A stretch of DNA of 63,763 nucleotides, the filler included, from Choristocarpus tenellus KU-1152 (lineage: Eukaryota; Protista; Phaeophyceae): assembly GCA_964200185.2 (NCBI GenBank). It is 10 parts of 10 records of this genome, joined end to end, with 100 filler letters (N's around TTAATTAATTAA, not from the genome) between each part and the next. Parts side by side here need not be neighbours in the genome. Positions count along the whole stretch, not along the records: positions 49,156 to 53,920 come from CAXNAD020013146.1; positions 54,021 to 61,157 come from CAXNAD020006630.1; positions 61,258 to 63,763 come from CAXNAD020027238.1; 7 more parts are not named here. One strand, written 5' to 3'. This document shows positions 53,715 to 63,763 of this stretch, one piece after another; position 1 is the stretch's first letter; each line of letters begins with the position of its first letter. Position numbers and translations under genes: made by a program. The notes below the pieces were generated by a model. The model saw only the letters and a program-made list of their open reading frames with translations, was not told the DNA's origin and made no database searches.

Positions 53715-56700
53715 GCCTTAGAGCCAGGCAAGGATGCATTTCCCCAGGAGTACCACATTGTGGTGTGGCAGACTCCAGTAAGCTCTGAAAAAATCCTCAC
53801 AATCCTCACAACAACAGAGGCAGTGTCACCCAGAGATACAGCTGATATACCTTCTAATGTCGACAGCATAACATCTTCATACACGGCCCATTTGTTGGAC
53901 GCCTCGGGCCAAAGTATCTTNNNNNNNNNNNNNNNNNNNNNNNNNNNNNNNNNNNNNNNNNNNNTTAATTAATTAANNNNNNNNNNNNNNNNNNNNNNNN
54001 NNNNNNNNNNNNNNNNNNNNAGGGGGGGGCATGTTGTTTGTCTTGACAAGGATGTATGCATACATGGTGGTTGATGTTTGTAGTGAAGTGATTGCCACGT
54101 AAGGTCGATGTTGGATCAGGTAACAGGCTGTTGGAGAGGTGCAACAAACATGTTATTGCAAGAGGGAGCTGACTGCCTACTCTGTGTTAGTTAGTGCTTG
54201 TAGTTCAAGTGATTGTGCACAGGGGATATATGACATGTGATGCCCCAGCATAAAAGCTGGTTGTGCTAGGGAAGTGATTCCGCCATAGACTATGTGAAGG
54301 ATGGAATGATGATACCCCTGTAAACGTTTTTTTTAAACTACTCATACATGACCCTCTCCAGTTTGATCATGAACGCTTTTGGTTTTTGCTTTAACGCCTT
54401 TTCTATGGAGCTATCAGTTACATGTGATAATGAGGTTTTCGTTTGTGAATTTTGAATGTCAAGGAAGCTTTGATTTTGCATCAATTTTCTGGAGGACCTT
54501 AAAAGACACTACTGTTGTGAATCGCATACGCCATTGATCTAAGATTATTGTTTACTATTTGCTCTAAATTGTAAGGAGTCAAGTTAAGGATATTGCATCA
54601 TGATGAGTGGGTACTATCGTCCTTAAAAAAATATCCAATCATATAGTAGCAGTCAGAGGAAGCTTTCTAGCCTTTGTGGTTGTTATTTTTTAAAGTCTAG
54701 TGCACTGTCATAATTATGGTATTTAGCTCAGGCAAGTTGAACCTAACCAGGTTGAAATTGTTTAGAATAGATAACTTTGACGTATTTTCTTCTCATCAAC
54801 AGGTAGAACGTAGGTTAAGCAACTGTGTAATGTTGAATTCAACCATTTTTTGAGCAGAGATGATAAGGTGTAGTCACTGTTAATTTTCTATTGTGTCCAG
54901 TATTGTGGTGACACTACCAAAAGAAGAGCACAATAGTAAGGCCCGAGTTGCAAACTGGTCTTGTGCGATGGTTTGCAATGCTTACTTATCTCTCTCACTG
55001 CCTGTGCTTTACCTAAACTAGACCTCCATAATACTGTAATGGAAACGCCTTGTTGATAGTAGGTAAAACGAACATAGAGCTGTACGGTAGTAATAGTACA
55101 AGTGACTTTAGTTGGTGAATCGTAGAAGGCCTTCTCATCTGTAATCAATACAACAGACTGTTGTTGACCTGCCTGCTGTATTTTTGCGTTACGTCTTGAT
55201 TGACCCCTCCGTGGCAACATTATCTATCCCTGAAACATCGATTGAGAAATATAATGATTCGATATCACATAATAACAACAAAAGTTGGAAGTTGAGTACA
55301 TCATACTTCCATTGATGGTGATCATGCTATATCTCAAAGATTTGATTTATTCCATCACCATCAACAACTGGATGGAAGAGGTACAAGTGGGAAGTTGTGA
55401 AGATACTTTTAATCGAACGTGCGCAACATGACCGAAACTGAGACAACTTCAGCAAGTGGAATCAAACGTTCTTCAGGACAAGAGTTCTTTGTTAAAAAGC
55501 AAAGGCCCCTAAATATTGTTCTGGAGATTTGTGAAAGAGAACAGACAAATTAGAGGAAAAAGAATGAATCCCAGGCACCCCATCTACTTCTTTGATTTCC
55601 AATATCACCCATTAATTCCTGGCACGATCTGAGATTCCAAAAGCGGGATGACACGCCCACCATTATTTTTAGACTGCCATCCTAACTAAGTTGTGTCCAC
55701 GTCAGAGAAAGTGTTATTCAATGTTGTTTGCTAGTGTTAATATAGAAATTTAAGCATGTTTGACCTGTTGAAACTGAGATGGGCAAGGAGGGGCTTGTTA
55801 GATTCATGGGATGCCTCCCTAGCCCCTTACCGTGGAGTACAGGACTACTAAGCTAGGTTAGAGGCGCAAGAAGGGAACGGTGTAGCGTAACTGGTAGTAA
55901 AATAATGAATGGATGAATGTTTTTCACATTTATGACAACTGTTAGCTTTTCAAGGTTTATTTCGACATGTGAATAGTTTTGTTGATTTTTCCCTGACACA
56001 CCTGCAAAATGTCAGATCGCATAATAATAAAATACTATTTATCCTGTTGTTCATCTTATAGCTCTGACTTTCTTCGATAACATCCATTGGTGGGACAACT
56101 TTTGGGGGTCAGGTTAGCTGCACTATATCGTCCATTGTATGTACTACAACGTGGTTATTCCACAAGCTGATTGGCATGTATGTACGGTTGGTTCTTTTGT
56201 CTTGAGATTCCTAAATACGTTGAAAGCGTGAATTTCCGTACGGAAGAAGAATTTTTCTGTAGGAAGCTCCAGAGCGACGATCTCTGCGCAAGAAACACCT
56301 GTTGCATTGTTTTCTTTGTTTTGGAACAACAGAGTTCTCAAAGATGACTGATCCATTCACCTTAGGCACCATGGATAATGACGACCAACTAGCACCACAT
56401 ACACCTCTACAAGCTTGAGAATGGTGTGTGTGGTGTGTATGGCGCTTTTCTCTCTCAAACTGTGCTAGATGGGCACAACAACATAATAAGGGTGCACCTG
56501 TCTATGGATGATGCCACTCTCAATTGTTTGTTTTTTGAAACATTGCTGAGCCAGTCGATCCCAGCCTTCGATGGCAGCCTTTTACAGACTACGTATGGAG
56601 CTCGTCCCAACTCTGAGAAACCTTAGAGTCGGGGGCCATCCAAGTCGTCATTGCAGAAGTAGTTCATAGCCTGATTATTATGTAAACATGACAGTAATAT

Positions 56701-57009
56701 AATGCATATAGTCAAATATGTAGCACAGTGGCAGTAGTACTACTAGTATCCTAGGGCCTCTCCTACAAGTAATACAAACTGCGTCGTTTTGTTCGTTGTA
56801 TACAGTATTCTTTACCTTTATGATTCTTCTTGTCCCTCCAAACATGACACCTACAAATAAATGTTTATCAGTGAGCGTAATAATAAGTATAATTTGAAGT
56901 ATATGGTGATAGTCGGGTAGAACATTTTGTAATAATATCTCTCAGTCAAACGTAGAGAAAAACGGGTATCTTACGGCGGCATTCTTTCTTGTCCTTGAAG
57001 GAGGACTGA

Positions 57010-57265
57010 GAGCCGAAGTAATCGAGATGTACCCAGGTTTCGGTCGTTTTGCGTTATAAGCCAGTCTTTTGCAATTCACTAATATTTCTATGTACAGAGT
57101 GCTAAGTTTGACTTGAGGGTTAATTTCTCTATTTTTCGAAGCTTTTTGACATAATAATCCGGAAAATAATATTGTGTAAACATTGGTAAAAAAGTCGGGT
57201 TTTGCACATATTATTTGGTGGCATCCTTGGTATGCAACTTTGGGTACCTATTGTATACTTTCAAT
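57010..57265 (+). mobile_element. MITE family C, diverged copy
   Basis: GAGCCGAAGTAATCGAGATGTACCCAGGTTTCGGTCGTTTTGC parallels the 29326 left end, and ...ATCCTTGGTATGCAACTTTGGGTAC...TACTTT parallels the right end. Confidence 0.65.
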
Positions 57266-58720
57266 ATCAAGACAAATTCTACTGAACGATGACTGTACAC
57301 ACACACGTGTTCGCAGACTATATATTATATGGCACCACTAGTCCCACCCTCTCTCTGCTTGTCTCAAGCAAGGAACAAAACAAAAAAGGAGGGGGGGCGC
57401 GTTCATTGCATGGATGGGTGGATGAATGATGGGCTACAGAGCCCACCGTGCACGGTCTGGTCTTCAATAAAATGTTTTGAAAAGTGATAAGGGTTCGTGT
57501 TTTCATGATCTTCTCATAGATAGGGGGGGGATGTTTAGAATTTTTCTCACCACTTCACCCTCCTTCGACTTGGTACCCCCGTTCTGTTTTGACCATGAAT
57601 TATGTCGTGTGATGTGCGTATTTCTTTAAACATTGTTCCGATAATATTAAAACAATAACATTATCATTTCACCCTTGACTCGTTTTTAGTGAGTAGGTGT
57701 GTAATGATCTGTCTCGGACGCTAATTCACTTCGACTCTTATTATAAAAACACTTTCCTTCATGTTAGAGAGTAGTAGTGTGACAGATTGTGACATTCACT
57801 AAAATAACATGTTCTGAATGGTGTTACATTTAAATTATACCAGGTACAATATGATATAATGTCGTAAGTATTAATTGTAATAGTATTATTATGCCTTCTG
57901 ACATTTTACAGATGTGTCAAGGGAACAACGGATGAATAGCCAATTCAATTATCAGGACAGTCCCTGAGAAAGTAACAGTTGTCGTAAATGTGAAATATAT
58001 ATTTTTATGATCTATTTACTATTTTATTACCAGCTGTTATTATTATTGTCGCTTGCTCACGACCGATGATGATGGGGATACTGGGAAAAGAGAGGGGGGG
58101 TCAAGTTCGGCAGGGTAGATGTCTTCTAGCTCAAAGGCATGGTATGAAGTGGATGATGAAGGGGTGTTTTTGGATGATTGTGGAGTGGTGTTCAGTGGTG
58201 TGGGGTGAGTGGAGTGGTAACTGCTGTGGGGTTGAGGGGAGTGGTAACTTGTGTGGGGTTGAGGGGTGGGGGGGGTGACTGGAAATCAGTGGCGAAGGAG
58301 GTTTACACTGGTTGATCATCAGATGTGAGGGGTAACTGGAAATCAGTGGTGAAAAGGGTTCGCATTGGTTGACCATCGCAAAGGAGGGGGAGGACGAGAA
58401 ATTAGTGGCGAAGAGGTCGTACTGGGTGGACATAATAAGCGGGGTTACAATGGGGAGGGAAAGGGGAATGGGTGAATTGCAAACAGAGAATAGAATAATA
58501 ATAATCCAGAATTCGTTAGCAAAACAAAATAGAGGAAGTAAGGAGGTACCTAGTCCTAACCCTAACCCTGACCCTGGCTCTAACCCTAACTTGGAAAAGT
58601 ATGTTCCTTCCTGATTCATCGGATTCATAAAAAAAATTGTGGTGAACGATCCACTCAAACATAAGAATTATTACCAAATTCCTCCACTCTCTATATTCAA
58701 ACCCTAAATTAGAAAAACGC

Positions 58721-59015
58721 AAAAAAAAAAGGAACTGCGCGCATCACGATCGCAGTTCAGGGACGTGTGGGACCACTGAACATCTTCGTCTACACCTTTG
58801 TTTGCAAGTCAGCGTATAGATTTCGACCCCCTTCCCCGCTTGGAAGTGGTCCTGCTTTTGAAAACGTTGTGCTCTAAGCTATTGCACTTCGTGCTAACTG
58901 CCACGTTGGCGAATCAGCGACGTAGTCAATCAGCTTCAACCAACAACCTCGTGGCAACTTCACATTGCTGCCAGGTGCCCATTTGACTGTAGGATCAAGG
59001 ACCTAGGTTCCTACT
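58721..59015 (-). ncRNA. Candidate structured non-coding RNA ending in hairpin + T10 (unassigned family)
   Basis: A series of stems with G-U pairs on the minus strand and a terminal GAACTGCG/CGCAGTTC stem followed by a T10 run. No convincing ORF; divergent from MAK16. Confidence 0.45.
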
Positions 59016-59183
59016 CTCTTGAAGAACACTAGTTGATCGTGGTTATCTCCATCTTGTGTTGAGCAATCCGAGGAATACGAAGGAGTATTCACAGGGGAAA
59101 CAGTGCACATCGTTGTGACGCGACTAGGAAGACCGTAACGCTGGCGAGCAAATTGGAGTTGCCTAGCTGATTGACTCTATACA

Positions 59184-60571
59184 ATGCAGGTATGGGGCCA
59201 GCGCAAGGTTTCATTCGTCGGACTGTAATCTCATTGAACTATTCCAATGCTTAGTGTCCATGGATGAAGCAATCTTCAATACCGAGGTAGCTGTGTCCCT
59301 AACCTTCATGAACCAATACCTGTTTGCATCCCCTCCTCTCTCAGTGCGATGACGTTATATGGCAAATTGTGAACCACGGATTTTGCTCCTTCAAGAGTAA
59401 GATTGCAAAGGAGCAGACCTTTTGCAGGTAAGTCTTTCACACGTTTGGAATGTCCTACTTGAGGGGGGCTGTGGTAGACCATCTGGAGCAAGTCGCCAAC
59501 TTTGATGTTATCACGACTGTCCCCCTCGACCAACCACCCCAGCGTCTGTTACCGCATGTGCGCAACTAATGCTTGCTAATCTTGGCTACATTTCGTCAAC
59601 ATTTTACCTGAACTCTCCTCTTTCGCTCCCCATCCTTCTCAATACTTAGGAATGAGTATAATGTGACGGGTCTCTGTAACCGGACCTCTTGCCCGCTAGC
59701 TAGCTCGCGTTATGCCACTATTCGGGAGCATGACGGTGTGTGCTATTTGTACCTCAAGAGCATAGAAAGGGCACATGTACCGAAGGACATGTGGGAGAAA
59801 ATAAAGGTGCAGGCTAGCCCGCAAACTATCATCAACATCAGTAGTCAACTCTATCTCACCCGTTCCATATCACAAGGCAGGGAATAAGTGGTAGATATGA
59901 CTGTTGACACTTGCTTGTATCGGATGAGTGATGTTATGAGGAATATTTCGTAGTGCCAAGACCACTCGAGGCTGTACTGGTACAGATCATAGTCTATACA
60001 CTCATTTTTTTGGACGAGATTGCACGGGCATTGCGAATGACCTGATTTACGATGCAGTGAGCTCTTGTTCATCCTTCAATTGAGGTTATGGGGACCGTTG
60101 GTAGTGTCTTGTTTGTTCACTGAGGGCACTTGTTTCCTGTGTTATGTTGACCATTGTTGATGGATGCAAGAGAATTGTAGTTTTGTCCTGGTTCCTCGAT
60201 TACGGATATGCCAGTCTGAACACTCTACAGTTTGGGAGAGCGTTGAAGAATGACTAAAGGCTATCCATCTCACATCACAGTAATGTGATCCAGTGGTTGT
60301 GACCCAGATTATTTTGGTATTTTTGCTTAACCCTCATTACTGTCCCTCCATCCTTCTACGCATTTTGATCGGCATGGGGTCACACCATCGTTAACAGCTC
60401 TCACGGAACTACACAAAAGCATTAGGGCAGGTCTCGCAGCACCTAGAGTTTTTCCCAAAGCATCTTCAGCATAGAAACAAGCAACGCTTAACCAAGATTC
60501 ACCAATACCTCATAAGGATGCGCAAGCTCAAGCTTAAGGCCAAACCTAAGCTGATTACTATCAACCCCAAG
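59184..60571 (+). CDS. MAK16: MAK16 homolog (60S biogenesis), 5' part
   Basis: Exons 59184-59189 (MQ), 59345-59427, 59650-59806 and 60398-60571. Sequence [65 protein letters not shown] and [17 protein letters not shown]. Confidence 0.95.
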
Positions 60572-61291
60572 GTGTGTGTGTGTCAATGGGTGGGCAGAAG
60601 TATGTGTGGGTAGTGGTGTGGCAATTTTTGTGTCATACATTTGATGATTGGTAATCCATTAGGATGTGTTACCCCATGATCTATTTCTGTGTATAACCTG
60701 AGACCACAGGATAAAGGTGCAGGGACTAGGGATGGGAATGGGCCCTGCCCCACGAGCAGAGGAGGTTCTGTTCATTACATTGCAGATCCCTGTATACCTA
60801 GCCAGTGCATATTGTTCTCTGAGGTGCTTGGTGCATTTTTTTTGGTGAAATCGGACTGGAGGTTGATGTTCTGAACCACTGCATAGTCAGAGTCAAGGCT
60901 GTCATGGTGATGTATTTGTAGTTGTAGTTGTAGTCTATGTGGAGAAGTTCTAGTATACTCTGCTATTCAAAGCATGGATCTAAGGTTTAAGACTGTTTAG
61001 AGACCTCTTGTGGTAAGACAATCTGTGATTTGTTAGGCTGACATGACTGTGTGTATGCATTTCGCCACTGGAGATGTTGTGCGGCTACATACCATTCCTG
61101 CTGAGGAGGGAGGGTAAACCCTATGTTGCACAGACCACTTTGGTTTGTGCCCCCCCCNNNNNNNNNNNNNNNNNNNNNNNNNNNNNNNNNNNNNNNNNNN
61201 NTTAATTAATTAANNNNNNNNNNNNNNNNNNNNNNNNNNNNNNNNNNNNNNNNNNNNGGGGGGGGGGGGGGGGGGGGGGGTGGGGGGGGGT

Positions 61292-61324
<33 letters not shown>

Positions 61325-62517
61325 CTGTTTTACTTTCTACTGCTGTGTTAGAGATAGTTTCATCCTTCGGTTGGTTGTCAGAGACAACACTTGTGTGTGT
61401 GTGTGTGTGTGTTGCCTACATATATGTTTTGATATCTTGCATTACAGTGATGTTTCCAGTATCACGTTTTCTATAGGCCTAATGAGTTAGTTACCCAGGT
61501 AAAGATAAGTCTTGAATGGCCTGTTCTGGGAGGTTCAGAATCACAGGGGATGGATTTCCCAGAGCAGACCAGGTGGCTGTGACGTATTTGAAGCAGGAAC
61601 AGAAAACAAGGTATTAGTATCTCACCTGGTCCGTATGGACTTACACCAACCTCCGTGCAAGTCGTTCAAGGCTGAGTTGTCATTCAGTGGTCATTCCAAT
61701 GCATTGGTTACCAAAGTGTGAAGAATAAGAGAAGTGATGGAACGTTACCAAAGTGTTTGTTTTAGGGTTGGAACGTTATGAGGTAGTGTAGGGAGATGGA
61801 GTTAGTTTTCTGGGCTCTATATTCACAAAGACAGCCATGTCTGTTGTTAAGAGTAAATGGTGTTTTTTTCGTGATGATGTTGTTAAGGTTATTTTTTTAG
61901 CCCTATAATTGTTTCTTCTTGTTGTTAAGGTTATTTTTTTATTACTGCTGTGGCCTTTTCAACCTTAGGGTTAGGGCTATACGTTGAGTGTGACAGATGT
62001 TGATGTGTGTTGACCCTACTGCTGTATGAGGAAAGCGGCAACCATTGCTATTTAGTATGGTATGGTGTATGTGGCATGGTATTGTTCTTAATAGTATTAG
62101 TAATATTACTAAGTGTCTGAACATTTCTTGAGGTGGTAATGGTCATGCTAGTTGCTTCTCATGTGAGAGTATTGTAACCTTATTGTCATCCAGAATTTTA
62201 CTAGTTAGTAGACAGGAAGAACCTGGCATGGATTGAGATTCTCAGGTATTTGGCAGCATGTAATTAACCTGAGGCTAACCAACTATTAAAGGCTTTTGTT
62301 ACGAAGGGAGGGAGGAACTGGAAATTGTCCACTAGATGAATTTAGTGTCCATGAATTGGTTTTTGACAAGCTTTTTAACCCAGGAAACTGTCGTGGATTA
62401 ATGGACCTACACTGCTTCCAGTGTTGGTCTATTGCCATTTGATAGTTACACTATTTGGATCTACCCTGTCGATTTCTGATTGGATATGATTGAAATGTGG
62501 ATGTATCTGATTGGCAG

Positions 62518-62625
62518 GTACCAGACGTTCATGACAATGTGCGATACGAGGCATTGAACAACAAGGCGCTACCCCTCAACAGGGAGAAGTTGATGACCTT
62601 GCATTCCCTGGCGAAGACGTTTGCG
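62518..62625 (+). CDS. Single internal exon of PPIP5K/VIP1-like inositol pyrophosphate kinase (phosphatase domain)
   Basis: 108-nt phase-0 exon with CAG|...|GTGAG borders. VPDVHDNVRYEALNNKALPLNREKLMTLHSLAKTFA resembles the PPIP5K stretch IPDIYD.IKYD..HN...LY.L.K.LAD. Confidence 0.65.
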
Positions 62626-63584
62626 GTGAGGGGACTAAGACTCTAACCCTAACCCTTAGAATACAGAGGGAAAGGTTCTGAGCACTTAACTGGATATGTT
62701 TGATATGATATATGCGTATGTTTGTGCATGTATGTTGAAGTTTGTTGTTACTATTTATATGTGCCGAGGTATGAAGAGGGCCTGATGATTTGAGTGTCTT
62801 CATCTTGGTTTGAATGAGAACATTGCTATCCATATTATGTAATAATTTATATTGTTATTGTTATTATTATTATTATTTGCTGGTGAATGAAAGAAAATAA
62901 GTTTTATCTTGTTTTGTATTGAGATGGTGTGTGTGTTGGATGTAGGTTGGAGGACAGGTAACCCATGATGAATAGAGAGTAAGGCCAACAGAGTTATTTT
63001 TACAAGGTCCTGACCCAACTATTTTGAGGGTTTTCTTATCTATAGGTTGTTTTTGTTAGGGATGATGATAATTGAATGGAGTACCAAGAGTGAAGAGGGC
63101 TGGGTGTGTTGTGTTTTGGAGCAGGACACGCTTCTTTTTTTTTGAAGAAATTTTACATATATATTTGTATAAACCGTCTCTATCTCTTTGGAGTATTAGT
63201 TTATTTGTAGTTAATATTTACTGGGGTAGATAGTTATTCGATATGAGAAATTGGAGAGATACCTTTCAACACACAAATAAAATTTTAAAAAAGTGTATAT
63301 ATTGTTTTGGTGTACTTGGGGTGATAGTAGTAATAATAATAGTAATATTCTTTTTTAAGGGGTGTGAATTAGCCTCAAAAGTATGGGAAGTGCTGAATTA
63401 GATGATAATTGGAGGTTGCCGGTGTCTAAGTATTGGAGGGGGTTGAGAGGTTGATGTAACAATACAAGGTATATCTGATGTTGAACTACTGTATAATGCA
63501 TCCTATTGGTCAAGGGCAGGATACACAAGTCATTCCATTCGCTCATACACTTTGTTTTCTATTTTTTGACTAAATCTGCTCTTT

Positions 63585-63763
63585 GAGTGAAAGTATCTTA
63601 TTAAGAGAGGGTACGAGTTTTGCCCTGTTTATCCGTTTGGGGCTTGGCTTCCCGCAGGAATTTTATGACATTTTTCTATTCCGAAATGTTTCGGAGTAGG
63701 TAAAATGTGTACGTTATGAAAAGGTGTGTCCGGAACAAGGATATTGACACTTCCTAACAAACA
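63585..63763 (-). mobile_element. MITE family A (inverted), runs off window end
   Basis: GAGTGAAAGTATCTTA(ttaag)AGAGGGTACGAGTTTTGCCC..., with a small insertion in the TIR. Confidence 0.88.

Noticed and set aside
54021-57000. Short ORFs such as 54888-55220 and 56144-56356
   Set aside because: No recognisable motifs or consistent exon chain.
58721-59015. Telomerase RNA or U1 snRNA identity for the structured segment
   Set aside because: There is no CUAACCCU template on the favoured strand. ATTGCACTTCG (U1 loop II-like) is on the other strand and lacks the ATACTTACCTG 5' end and the Sm site.
1-60571. Apparent cluster of ribosome-biogenesis/RNA-modification genes (WDR6, SPOUT1, KRI1, MAK16)
   Set aside because: Apart from WDR6/SPOUT1, they are on different contigs joined by artificial linkers, so adjacency is not biological evidence.

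Overview
This is eukaryotic, intron-rich nuclear DNA, probably from a brown alga or related ochrophyte. That assignment is inference from the kb-sized GT-AG introns, the PPR exons, an HCF101 with a mitochondrial-looking presequence and pervasive TTAGGG tracts. The window is not one locus: ten unrelated contigs are joined by nine artificial 100-nt N44-TTAATTAATTAA-N44 linkers. Manual exon-phase reconstruction supports partial genes for WDR6 and SPOUT1 (head-to-head), a PPR protein, KRI1, HCF101 and a CAMK-type kinase (head-to-head), TM9SF and MAK16, plus single PPIP5K and LRR exons. Three things stand out. (1) An intact-looking, five-exon Sola-like (DUF7869-type) DDD transposase, together with three MITE families that share G(A/G)NNCAAAGTA termini; one MITE sits inside the transposase's own intron. 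(2) An 8-exon gene fusing a CPR/NOS-type NAD(P)H-binding module directly to a cytochrome b5 domain and a long unknown tail. (3) A ~290-nt hairpin-dense segment ending in a stem-loop plus T10, divergent from MAK16, which is a candidate unannotated Pol III ncRNA. Decayed copia and LINE fragments and several minisatellites fill the introns. All family assignments come from motif recognition by eye, not from database searches.
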